Below are positions 33,806-43,465 of a stretch of DNA of 64,000 nt, in pieces. The position numbers and the translations under genes are program-made. Under the pieces are notes generated by a model. That model was not told the DNA's origin. It did not search any database and worked only from the letters and a program-made list of their open reading frames with translations. Numbering within the stretch: the first letter of the stretch is position 1; each line of letters opens with the position of its first letter. Source of the DNA: Methanothermococcus sp. Ax23 (lineage in GTDB: Archaea; AGJL01; Methanococci; Methanococcales; Methanococcaceae); contig NZ_CP157522.1 in assembly GCF_049075655.1 (NCBI RefSeq), positions 1 to 64,000 of the forward strand, read 5' to 3'.

Positions 33806-34183
33806 ATGATAGAGTTAAGGGGAAAATCTGCAAAGGAACTTATTAAAAAGGTTGGCGACATAGATTTTGGAGATGAAAAAGAAATATATATAAACACGGA
33901 ATTATCCAAAAATTTGGTTATTGAGATATTGGAAAACTCGAATATTGAGACAATATACCTGCCAGAATCAAAATATAGGCGAACGAACAAAAAACTTATT
34001 GAAGCATTAGAAGGTATTGGTTTAGAAGTTAAGCCCGTAAAGGCAAAAACAGGAAGGCCTTCAAAAAATGAGGAAATTATATCCAAATATCTAGATAAAC
34101 ATCCAAAAGAGATTTCAAAACTAACAGGAATAAATTTGAAAACTGTTGAATATCACTACTATAAACTTAAATCAAAAGAATAG
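33806..34183 (+). CDS. DUF1699-like protein with C-terminal HTH-like segment
   Basis: IYLPESKYRRT; C-terminal PKEISKLTGINLKTVEYH. Confidence 0.6.
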   Translation: MIELRGKSAKELIKKVGDIDFGDEKEIYINTELSKNLVIEILENSNIETIYLPESKYRRTNKKLIEALEGIGLEVKPVKAKTGRPSKNEEIISKYLDKHPKEISKLTGINLKTVEYHYYKLKSKE

Positions 34184-34234
34184 GATAATTTATAATTTAC
34201 TTTTTATTATTTATTATAAAATTGGTGAGCTCCT

Positions 34235-35281
34235 ATGGTGATTTGTTGTAAGGTTAATATTAAAGAAGGGGAAAAAATAAGAAGATTTCTTTTAGACAAT
34301 AAACTGTTGAATAAGGATTACAAATTAAAAAAGGAAGATGGTTATTTATATGTTCCACTAATAAATTTGAATAATGATATAAAAAAAGATATAAACAAAA
34401 TAATAAATGATAAAGTTGAATTTGTTGAAGTAGATGATGAATGTTTAAAAAAGGCACATAAAAAACAGATGAATTTTAGAGAGTATCTAATTAAAAACTT
34501 TAAAAAAGAAATAGAAGATGGTCTTATAGCACTATCCTACGATGTAGTTGGTGATATCGTAATAATCCAAATATCCGATGAAATAAACGAAGACATTAGA
34601 AAAAAGATAGGAGAAACTGCATTAAAATTGATTCCATCCATTAAGACAGTGTTTAGGAGAAAAAGCGACATAAAAGGAGAATTTAGAATCAGAGAGTTGG
34701 AGCTCCTCGCAGGAGACTATAAAACATTGACACTTTATAAAGAAAATGGTTATAGGTTATGGGTTGATGTTGAAAAGGTCTATTTTTCACCAAGATTGGG
34801 GTGGGAGCGAAAAAGAATTATGGAGAAAGTGAAATTTGATGATATTGTTGTAGATATGTTTTGCGGAGTTGGACCGTTCTCCATAGCATGCAAAAATGCA
34901 AAGAAGATTTATGCCATTGACATAAATCCCGATGCAATAGAACTGCTTAAAAAAAATATAGAATTAAATAAGCTTCAAAATAAAATAATTCCAATTCTCG
35001 AAGATGTAAGAAAAGTAAATGTGAAGGGAAACCGAATAATAATGAACCTTCCAAAATATGCCCATTTATTTGTGGATAAAGCTCTGGATATCGTCGAAGA
35101 AAATGGCATAATACATTACTACACCATAGGTAAGGATTTCAACGATGCTATTGAATTATTTAAGTCCAAATGTGATTGTGAGATTTTGGAAAAAAGAGTT
35201 GTAAAGTCCTATTCTCCGCGGGAGTATGTTTTAGTATTGGATATAAAAGTCAAACATAAAAATAAAATAAGTAAAACATAA
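34235..35281 (+). CDS. trm5: tRNA (guanine37-N1)-methyltransferase Trm5
   Basis: SYDVVGDI, VYFSPRL, DMFCGVGPF, IMNLP. Confidence 0.92.
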   Translation: MVICCKVNIKEGEKIRRFLLDNKLLNKDYKLKKEDGYLYVPLINLNNDIKKDINKIINDKVEFVEVDDECLKKAHKKQMNFREYLIKNFKKEIEDGLIALSYDVVGDIVIIQISDEINEDIRKKIGETALKLIPSIKTVFRRKSDIKGEFRIRELELLAGDYKTLTLYKENGYRLWVDVEKVYFSPRLGWERKRIMEKVKFDDIVVDMFCGVGPFSIACKNAKKIYAIDINPDAIELLKKNIELNKLQNKIIPILEDVRKVNVKGNRIIMNLPKYAHLFVDKALDIVEENGIIHYYTIGKDFNDAIELFKSKCDCEILEKRVVKSYSPREYVLVLDIKVKHKNKISKT

Positions 35282-35308
35282 AATAAAATAGAAAATATAA
35301 AAAATTTA

Positions 35309-36832
35309 TTAAAAAAACGCTTCCAAAGTTATTTGTTTTGATTTCTCTTTGTCTTTATCTGTTTTTTTATCTTTCTTTTTGGGAGCTCCGGATGATTTAG
35401 TAGTTCCATCATTTGTTTCATTTATCTCATTTTCATTTTTAATATCTTTGATAACTTCTTCAATACTAATATTTTTTAGGTCTTTAATTTCTTTTTCTAC
35501 CTTTTTATCTTTCTTTTTAGTTTTCTTCTTTTCTGCTTTCTTTTCATCTGTTTCAGCGGTTTTTGCTTTTGATTCTGCTTTTTTTTCTGATTTTTCCTTT
35601 ATTATTTTAAATATTTTTTTAGCCGTGGTCTTATTTGTTAAATATTCCAATTCATCATTAGTAAATTCATAAAATTCTACGAGCTCAGCCCCAAATTCTG
35701 GATTGGATTTAAGGATAACCTGCAAATATAGTATATCTTCCCTGGCTCTTTTAGTGGATACATGAGTTTTTAAACTTATTTTATTAAGTATTTTATTCAT
35801 AATATTTCGTTTTGCCTTTGTTTTAGTGAGTTTCGTAAATACCGTTGGTCTAACATAGGAAAAGAATCCTCTATATTTTTCATCCTTTGCAAGTGCCACT
35901 CCCGCAGTCATAAGTGCAGAAGCATACCTCCAAAGTCCATAATATTGTCTTTTATGAACTCTCCCCAAAAATATGTCTGCCTTTGAAAGATAGTCATAGG
36001 CACGAACTATATCCTCTTTCTTTTTGTATTCCCTCGGTATGTTCTCAGCAATCCATTCTTCAATAGTTCCAATGTCCTCTTTTACATCATATACCGAAGA
36101 TACTGCAATATCGTAGTGGGTTGTTTTTAATATAATTCTTATGGCATCGAAAATGCTTTTTTCAACATCCCTATCTGGGAGCTCCTTAACCTCTTCTAAA
36201 TTTAAATCATTTCCAATGGCAAGAGATTCTAAATCATTAATTGCCGCCCTAACATCACCGCCTGCATGTTTTGCTATTATTTTAAGAATCTTATCATCTA
36301 CATTAAAACCTTCTTTTAGTGCTATTCTTCTCAATACAGGCACTATGGAGTTTGTATGAACAGACCCTATCTTTACAATTTTACAGGCATTCCTTAAAGA
36401 CATTAATGATGGTTTGTAAATGTCATTTGCAGTTAATATTAATGGATTTTTTGCTGTTTTTATTATTTTTAATATCTCGCTCACTCCCCCCCGGTCGCTG
36501 TTTCCGGAGATTCCATCAACCTCATCCAAAATAATTAGTGCCCTTTTTCCAGACAACGACTTTGACATCGATGCACTTCCAACTACCTGCTTAATTACAT
36601 CCTTGTTTCTCTTGTCACTTGCATTTAATTCAATTACTTCAAAACCATAGTCATTTGCAAGAGCATTTGCAAGTGTTGTTTTACCGCATCCCGGAGGACC
36701 AACAAGAAGAATCGGTTTTACAGGATTGCCATGTAAATAATCTTCAATCCATTTTTTTAATTCTTCTTTAATTTTTGTATTTCCAACAACCTCCGCCATG
36801 GTTTTTGGTCTGTATTTTTCAACCCAGTTCAT
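35309..36832 (-). CDS. rfcL: replication factor C large subunit
   Basis: WVEKYRP, GPPGCGKTT, ELNASD, C-terminal PIP box KQITLEAFF. Confidence 0.96.
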   Translation of the reverse strand: MNWVEKYRPKTMAEVVGNTKIKEELKKWIEDYLHGNPVKPILLVGPPGCGKTTLANALANDYGFEVIELNASDKRNKDVIKQVVGSASMSKSLSGKRALIILDEVDGISGNSDRGGVSEILKIIKTAKNPLILTANDIYKPSLMSLRNACKIVKIGSVHTNSIVPVLRRIALKEGFNVDDKILKIIAKHAGGDVRAAINDLESLAIGNDLNLEEVKELPDRDVEKSIFDAIRIILKTTHYDIAVSSVYDVKEDIGTIEEWIAENIPREYKKKEDIVRAYDYLSKADIFLGRVHKRQYYGLWRYASALMTAGVALAKDEKYRGFFSYVRPTVFTKLTKTKAKRNIMNKILNKISLKTHVSTKRAREDILYLQVILKSNPEFGAELVEFYEFTNDELEYLTNKTTAKKIFKIIKEKSEKKAESKAKTAETDEKKAEKKKTKKKDKKVEKEIKDLKNISIEEVIKDIKNENEINETNDGTTKSSGAPKKKDKKTDKDKEKSKQITLEAFF

Positions 36833-37092
36833 AAAATCACCAAAATGATAGATAATAATGACAATAATATATGGATTATAAATTATAAAGATTTTAAGAT
36901 AAAGATGAGATTAAGATAAAGAATATAATAACGATATATTATAAAAATAAATAATAAATGCCATTTATATATACATCCTGTAAAGATTGATGTTAGTTAA
37001 TAGGTTATTTATTTATAATTAATATTAAATATATATTAAATATATTAAATAGCAATGTATTATAGATTAACTAAATACTCTGTGATAGATAT

Positions 37093-37482
37093 ATGCTACC
37101 CGAAAGATTAGATTTTAAGAATTATGGAAAAGATTTAGATTTTTGGACATTCTTAGAGCAAGCCTACGAGAAAGATTTAAAATTGGATTTAGGTCATTTT
37201 ATAATATTATGTATATTGCTATATGTTAATGAAACATACGCTAAACTCATAGAAGAGTTTGGAAAAAAAAAGGCTAGAAAGATATTGGAAGAAAAAGAAA
37301 TATTTTCAAAAAATTCTGACTATATATCGGGAGAGTATTTAAAGAAGTATATCAAAAGAGATAGTCGTGGAGCTGTTCATTCAAGGATTAAAGACTTAAA
37401 AAGTTTGGGATTTGAGATACACACTAAACCGGGTTTTTTAGGGGGCTATAAGTTATTAAAAACTCCTGAATGGTTTAAATAA
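37093..37482 (+). CDS. hypothetical protein, possible winged-helix
   Basis: ISGEYLKKYIKRDSRGAVHSRIKDLKSLGFEI..GGYKL resembles a BirA-type wHTH. Confidence 0.55.
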   Translation: MLPERLDFKNYGKDLDFWTFLEQAYEKDLKLDLGHFIILCILLYVNETYAKLIEEFGKKKARKILEEKEIFSKNSDYISGEYLKKYIKRDSRGAVHSRIKDLKSLGFEIHTKPGFLGGYKLLKTPEWFK

Positions 37483-37526
37483 TTTTACAATAATATAATA
37501 ATACTTTAATTATTTTTATCTTTATT

Positions 37527-37829
37527 TTAGTCGAAAATCTTTTTAATATATGGCTCAAATGGAACAATTTCATCCCTTTTCCTTGGACTTATTGTGGCGA
37601 TTTTTAATATCTTTTTTTCAGGAGATAGCCCAATGGTCAATGTTCCAGGTGTCAAGGTAATACTGCATGCTAAAAGAACCTGACCTATCAAACTATTAAT
37701 ATCAGTTTCTATTTCGATGATTTGCGGGTTTATACTTCCATTTATACTCCGCCTTACAACATCGAGCCATGCCTCGCTTAAAGCCTTCAATAAAACAAAT
37801 ATGTATCCTACAACACCAAAAACACTCAT
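37527..37829 (-). CDS. MnhE-family subunit (Na+/H+ antiporter subunit E / EhbA-like)
   Basis: [15 protein letters not shown] signature. Confidence 0.8.
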   Translation of the reverse strand: MSVFGVVGYIFVLLKALSEAWLDVVRRSINGSINPQIIEIETDINSLIGQVLLACSITLTPGTLTIGLSPEKKILKIATISPRKRDEIVPFEPYIKKIFD

Positions 37830-38001
37830 TATATGACACCTTATAAATATTTATATAATATATAAACATATACAACCATAATTAGAATCTATAATTATTA
37901 ATAATTACAAATAGATATATATAGTTTGTGATTTATAAATTACAAAAAATGTAAAAAAGGAATCTAAAAAGTATAAAATAAAGCATTATTAGGGTGAAAA
38001 A

Positions 38002-38436
38002 ATGAACGAAGAAATACAAAAACAATTTTATGAATTAGAATTATACAACCAGCAGGTTAAAAAACTCCAAGAAGAGCTCGGAAAGATAGAGATTATGAAA
38101 ATGGAGTTAATGAAATCAATAGAATCCATGGAAGGATTGAAAGAATCAAAAGAACTTTTAATCCCATTAGGCGGCGGAGCATTTGTAAAAGCAGAAGTTA
38201 TTGACAGCGAAAAAGTTATAGTTGGAGCAGGTGCAGACGTTTTCCTTGAAAAAAACATAGACGAAGTTATCGAAGACTTCAAAAAATCCTCAGAAGAACT
38301 AACCAATGCAGAAACGATGGTTAAAGAACAGATAGAAAAAACTGTTAAATTCATGGATAAAATGCAGCAAGATTTGGAGAAAAAAGTTAGATTAATGGAA
38401 GGCCAGCAGCAACCTCCTGCATCAACTTCTCAATAA
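38002..38436 (+). CDS. pfdA: prefoldin alpha subunit
   Basis: coiled coils around [26 protein letters not shown]. Confidence 0.93.
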   Translation: MNEEIQKQFYELELYNQQVKKLQEELGKIEIMKMELMKSIESMEGLKESKELLIPLGGGAFVKAEVIDSEKVIVGAGADVFLEKNIDEVIEDFKKSSEELTNAETMVKEQIEKTVKFMDKMQQDLEKKVRLMEGQQQPPASTSQ

Positions 38437-38472
38437 TAAACTATATATACGATGGGGTTTAACTATAGTATG

Positions 38473-38715
38473 TTTTTAGTTAAATTTAGTTAAATTAAAA
38501 TTAGACGAAAACTTTCGGTTTTCGTTGTCCACTTACTTCGTAAGTGAGGGCATAACTTTTTTAATTTTTTAAAAGTTTTTTAATTTTTTTAGTAATTTAA
38601 CTAAAAATGTGTGCTTCCACATTCGGCACTGTTGGATATCCAAGCATCGTGGAAGCACTGTGCTTCCACATATTGTGGTGCCCGAATCATCCAAAAGAGA
38701 AACAATTTTGGATGT
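38473..38715. repeat. cluster of nested palindromes (REP/MITE-like)
   Basis: 14-bp IR 38473-38486/38594-38607; hairpins ACGAAAAC..GTTTTCGT, CACTTAC-TTC-GTAAGTG, GTGGAAGCAC-T-GTGCTTCCAC, CATCCAAAA..TTTTGGATG. Confidence 0.7.
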
Positions 38716-38921
38716 ATATTACAAGGAACATTATATAGCATATATTATTTACGAATGCTATATATAGTAAATGCTGTGGGAGCTCACATTTATAATAAAA
38801 ATTGGGGGAGATTCCAAACTTGCTTCTAACTATTTAACCATAATATTAGGAGTAGTTATGAAATTCGAAGATTTTGTTTTTGGACGCCCCCCCTGTGATA
38901 AAATTAAAATAGGTTGATTAT

Positions 38922-40517
38922 ATGACTATGACGGAATTTAAAGAATTAGGATTATCTGAAAATATGATAAATGCATTAGAAAAAAAAGGATTCACAAACC
39001 CAACACCAATCCAAAAGAAAGCAATACCTATCCTATTAGAAGGAAACTTGGATATTATAGGACAGGCACAAACTGGAACTGGAAAAACTGCGGCATTTGG
39101 AATTCCAATGGTTGAAACACTTAATGAAGGTTCAAAGGATGTTCAGGCACTTATACTCGCACCAACAAGAGAGCTCGCCATACAGGTTTCAGATGAGATA
39201 AACTCATTAAAAGGAAATAAAAATTTAAAGGTAATTCCAGTCTATGGGGGGCAGTCCATAACTGAACAGATAAGGAAATTAAAGAAAGGAGTAGATATTG
39301 TTGTAGGAACTCCGGGGAGAGTTTTAGACCACTTAAAAAGAGGAAATCTAAAATTGCACAATGTTTCCTATGTTGTTCTAGATGAAGCTGATGAAATGCT
39401 CGACATGGGATTCATAGACGATGTTGAGGAAATTTTAAGATATACAAATCCAGACAAAAAAATGCTTCTATTCTCAGCTACATTGCCTAGGAAAATTATG
39501 GGATTGGCTAAAAAATACATGAGAAAATATGAAGTAATAAGTGTTAAAAAGGAACAATTAACTACAAATACAGTGGAACAGATTTACTATGAAGTTAGGA
39601 GCTCCGATAAGTTCGAGGCATTGTGTAGAACAATAGATATGAACAATGACTTTTACGGATTGGTATTCTGTAAAACTAGGGCAGATGTAAATGATGTGGC
39701 AAATAAACTTGCAAATAGAGGATATAAAGCAGAAGGTATCCATGGAGATATCGTCCAAAATCAGAGAGAAAGGATATTATCCAGATTTAAAAACAAAAGG
39801 TCAAATATCCTTGTAGCAACAGATGTTGCAGCAAGAGGTATCGATATTAATAACCTCACCCATGTTATAAATTACTCGCTCCCACAGAATCCCGAATCCT
39901 ATGTTCATAGAATCGGAAGAACTGGAAGAGCTGGAAGAAGGGGAACTGCCATTACATTTGTTCAACCAGATGAGTTCAGAAAATTAAAATACATAAAAAA
40001 GATAGCAAAAACAGACATTGAAAAAAGAGAGCTCCCAACTGTGGAAGATATCATCAGTGCAAAGAAGTCATCAGTTATAGATAATATTTTAAAAATTGTG
40101 AGCTCCGAGGAATACAGCGAAGAATATCTTGATATTGCTAAGAAATTGTTGGAAGAAAATGATGCTGAAAAAGTTATAGCGTCCCTTTTAAAATACACAT
40201 TTCAAGATGAATTGAACGAAAAAAGATACGGTAAAATCAAACCTACCAGAAGTGTTAAAGAAGTTAAAGAAGGTCAGTCAAGATTGTTTGTAGCTCTTGG
40301 GAAAAAGGATGGAATAAATCCAAGAAAACTTGTTGAATACCTTGAAGATAAGACGAATGTAAGGGGAAGATATATAGATGATGTTGCAGTATTTGAAAAC
40401 TTCTCATACATCACAGTTTCTTCAAGAGATGCTGAAAAAATTATAAAAACCCTTGGTAGAGTTAGAAGAAATGGAAAATCCATTGTAGAACATGCTAAGA
40501 AAAGGAAAAACTATTAA
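38922..40517 (+). CDS. deaD: DEAD-box RNA helicase with C-terminal DbpA-type RNA-binding domain
   Basis: AQTGTGKT, PTRELA, DEAD, SAT, HRIGRTGRAG. Confidence 0.93.
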   Translation: MTMTEFKELGLSENMINALEKKGFTNPTPIQKKAIPILLEGNLDIIGQAQTGTGKTAAFGIPMVETLNEGSKDVQALILAPTRELAIQVSDEINSLKGNKNLKVIPVYGGQSITEQIRKLKKGVDIVVGTPGRVLDHLKRGNLKLHNVSYVVLDEADEMLDMGFIDDVEEILRYTNPDKKMLLFSATLPRKIMGLAKKYMRKYEVISVKKEQLTTNTVEQIYYEVRSSDKFEALCRTIDMNNDFYGLVFCKTRADVNDVANKLANRGYKAEGIHGDIVQNQRERILSRFKNKRSNILVATDVAARGIDINNLTHVINYSLPQNPESYVHRIGRTGRAGRRGTAITFVQPDEFRKLKYIKKIAKTDIEKRELPTVEDIISAKKSSVIDNILKIVSSEEYSEEYLDIAKKLLEENDAEKVIASLLKYTFQDELNEKRYGKIKPTRSVKEVKEGQSRLFVALGKKDGINPRKLVEYLEDKTNVRGRYIDDVAVFENFSYITVSSRDAEKIIKTLGRVRRNGKSIVEHAKKRKNY

Positions 40518-40670
40518 ATAATTTATTAATTTTTTATTTTTTTATTTAATTAGATTTATATATGTATATTAATAGATATATATTTCCAAAATAAAAATAG
40601 TAAAACTTAGAACCTAAAATTTAACCATATATTCTAATTAATAAATATAGTTGCCTAAAATAAAAAATAG

Positions 40671-40744
40671 TGGGCCCAGCCGGATTCGAACCGGCGACCC
40701 TCGCCTTGTAAGGGCGATGTCATAGCCAACTAGACCATGGGCCC
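40671..40744 (-). tRNA. tRNA-Val (TAC)
   Basis: reverse complement GGGCCCATGGTCTAGTTGGCTATGACATCGCCCTTACAAGGCGAGGGTCGCCGGTTCGAATCCGGCTGGGCCCA folds as a cloverleaf; CCA not encoded. Confidence 0.97.
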
Positions 40745-40829
40745 AATGTGCTTTTGATATTTCTTTTTTTAAGATTTCATGGGTTTTTCTTTCCCGCAAT
40801 CTTTCGACAAAATAACCAATGCAATCATA

Positions 40830-40847
40830 ATATATAAAGATTTCGGT
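40830..40847 (-). promoter_or_regulatory. BRE plus TATA for tRNA-Val
   Basis: minus strand ACCGAAATCTTTATATAT upstream of the tRNA. Confidence 0.65.
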
Positions 40848-40935
40848 TTAGTGATTATTTCTACACTACCATTAAAGATACTAATTAATAATATAAAATC
40901 ATAAAATATACTGCAATAGAATAAATGGTGTAATT

Positions 40936-42012
40936 ATGGAGAGCTCACATTTAAAAAATTTTTTAAGAGATAGGGATGAAATAATAAAGTGCTCAAAAGA
41001 AAGGGATAATAACAGCATAAATGAATTTAAAAAAATTATTGATAAAATTAAATCAAAAAAGGAGGCAGAGGGAGAACCAACCAATATTGTTGCAGATTTC
41101 ACAGAATACAATCCATTGCACAATGGACATAAGTATTGTTTAAATGAAGGTAAAAAATACGGTATCTTCATAAGCATACTTCCAGCACCACTTGAAAGAA
41201 GCGGGCGAGGTATTCCATATCTTGTTGATAGACATATTCGTTCTGAAATGGCCATAAAAGCCGGTGCAGATATTGTTGTTGAAGGTCCCCCTATGGGAAT
41301 AATGGGCTCTGGTCAATACATGCAGTGCCTTATAAAGATGTTTTACACTCTCGGCACCGAGATTATACCGAGAGGATATATTAAGGAGAGTTCTATGGAA
41401 AAGGTCATAAACTGCATAAACAATGGGCATCATATTAAGGTAAAACCATATAAGATATCATGTGTTGAAACTGGTGAGCTCCTTTGTGAAAAACTTGAAA
41501 TAGATAACTATGTCATAGCTTCCATGTCAAGCACTATTTATAAAGTTAATAAAAACTGCAACATTAACTTTAAACCAAAATTTGTTTTTGTAGAAAGAAT
41601 AGGGGGCATAAGTGGAACGAAAATTAGAGAGGGGATATTTAGCGGGAAATTTGATGAAATAAAAAACATGCTTCCAGAAACTACTTTGAATATTTTAAAG
41701 AAGTATTATGATAAAGGAGAACTGGATAATATTATTTTAAAAAGGTTTGAAGACAGGATATTGGAAACTGCAAATGAATATGAATTAAAAAATTACATTC
41801 CCGACTATGTAGCAAATATTTTAGAAAAAAACAGACCATTTAACAGTATTGATGAGATTAGACAGGCAATTCCCTATGGATTTTCAAGGCATTACAAAGA
41901 ACGAATCTTGTCAAAGCTCGAAGCTCGAATAGAAAACGAGGTTATTTCAGAGTATATAAAAAACTATCCTTCAAAGATAAAAATACTTGCAGTAAATGAT
42001 GTTATTAATTAA
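40936..42012 (+). CDS. HIGH-family nucleotidyltransferase, TmcAL/UPF0348-like
   Basis: [31 protein letters not shown]. Confidence 0.8.
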   Translation: MESSHLKNFLRDRDEIIKCSKERDNNSINEFKKIIDKIKSKKEAEGEPTNIVADFTEYNPLHNGHKYCLNEGKKYGIFISILPAPLERSGRGIPYLVDRHIRSEMAIKAGADIVVEGPPMGIMGSGQYMQCLIKMFYTLGTEIIPRGYIKESSMEKVINCINNGHHIKVKPYKISCVETGELLCEKLEIDNYVIASMSSTIYKVNKNCNINFKPKFVFVERIGGISGTKIREGIFSGKFDEIKNMLPETTLNILKKYYDKGELDNIILKRFEDRILETANEYELKNYIPDYVANILEKNRPFNSIDEIRQAIPYGFSRHYKERILSKLEARIENEVISEYIKNYPSKIKILAVNDVIN

Positions 42013-42028
42013 ATAAAACGGTGATATT

Positions 42029-42706
42029 TTGCAAAAACAAAGATTTTGTTTAGACACTACGGCAATTACAGATAGTGAGGTTAGGAAATCACTTAGGGCA
42101 AATACGATTTCTGAATCTGCTGAGATGATACTTGATTTAATAGCAGAATCCAGGGTTCATTTGGATATTTCATGCCACATCCCATATCCCAGCGTATATG
42201 ATGAGCTCGTTGGATTTTTAAAAAGGGAAGGATGCCCAGAAGAGGTTTTAATTAAAGTGGATACATGGCTTGTAAAGAAAACACCAAATAGATATGAAAT
42301 AAAGCTTCCAGCAGAGATACTTTATGAATATATAAGGGATTTAAGGGAGAGAATAAACAAAGGCATGAGAATAAGCGAAAATGCAATGTATGAAACAGCA
42401 TCAGAGGCTTATGTGCTTTCACAGGATGAAGAATCAAAAGATAAAAAGGCATTAATAGATGATGTTTTATCGAAAACTGTAAATTCATTTAGGAATAAAT
42501 ACAGAAGTGCTTTGAGAACTGGGACTCTTGACAGTGCCCCAGATTTAGATGTGTTATTACTTGCAAAGGAGCTCGACGCCGCAGTGGTTGCAAGTGATGA
42601 AGGTATTGAAAAATGGGCTCAGCGTCTTGGGTTGAGATTTGTTAAAGCAAGAGATTTTCCATTTATACTTAAAGAATATCTAAATATCTACGGGAAAAAG
42701 ATTTAA
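42029..42706 (+). CDS. RNA-free RNase P, HARP (UPF0278 PIN-like nuclease)
   Basis: RFCLDT, RINKGMR, KYRSALRTGTLDSAPDLDVLLLAKEL, DEGI; TTG start after GGTGA. Confidence 0.9.
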   Translation: MQKQRFCLDTTAITDSEVRKSLRANTISESAEMILDLIAESRVHLDISCHIPYPSVYDELVGFLKREGCPEEVLIKVDTWLVKKTPNRYEIKLPAEILYEYIRDLRERINKGMRISENAMYETASEAYVLSQDEESKDKKALIDDVLSKTVNSFRNKYRSALRTGTLDSAPDLDVLLLAKELDAAVVASDEGIEKWAQRLGLRFVKARDFPFILKEYLNIYGKKI

Positions 42707-42971
42707 TTAATTATTTATTGATTATATATTAAAACAGAAAAACGGATGAATTAACAGACATAATTTTTAAACAGGTATTGACCTATATTAAGATTAACCT
42801 TAACTGCATAATACTAAAATAATGAATAACCAATATTGGATAAATCAATTAACTTTATAAATTAAAAACATTTAAAAAAGATAAGACATAATTTACAAAA
42901 ATATAAAAGATTTTATCTCGATACTAAATGAGAAAAGATAAAAGAAACAGAAGAAACACGGTGAAAAAGCT

Positions 42972-43454
42972 ATGGTATTACTACTTATCAGGGGCGATAA
43001 TTACGAAAAGATTAAAAATGCACTGGCAGATATCCACAGACATGCAAAATTAACAATAATTGGAAAACCAAAAATCATGGTTCCCGAAGCTGCGGATGAG
43101 CTCCTAAAATACATACTTGGAAATATTAAAAAACCATGTAAAAAAGCATGCCTAGTTAAAATCGAAGAAAACGCTCCAAGAGCAATAGATAAAATAAGAA
43201 AAATCCACCCCCCTGCACATATTGTGGTGATAAGTGAAAGACATGAACCATACCCTTACCTTATTGAAGATTTTCCGAAAATGCCTCCATTGAAAGGATA
43301 TTATAAAAGTAAGGGTGGCGATGAAGAAGAGGATGAAAAAGAAAAGAATGGCAAACCTCCAAAAAAACAGAAAGTTTCCAAATCTTCTTCTGTTCAGGGC
43401 AAATCTAAATTCAAACATAAAAAACCAAAAACAACAACAAAGAATAAAAAATAA
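42972..43454 (+). CDS. DUF356-like protein with Lys-rich tail
   Basis: LIRGD..ALADIHRHAKLTIIGKP..KIHPPAHIVV. Confidence 0.75.
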   Translation: MVLLLIRGDNYEKIKNALADIHRHAKLTIIGKPKIMVPEAADELLKYILGNIKKPCKKACLVKIEENAPRAIDKIRKIHPPAHIVVISERHEPYPYLIEDFPKMPPLKGYYKSKGGDEEEDEKEKNGKPPKKQKVSKSSSVQGKSKFKHKKPKTTTKNKK

Positions 43455-43465
43455 AGGGTGAAGGT

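Noticed and set aside
38611-38829. 72-aa ORF in the track
   Set aside because: It runs through the palindrome cluster, has no clear RBS and no recognisable motif; likely spurious.
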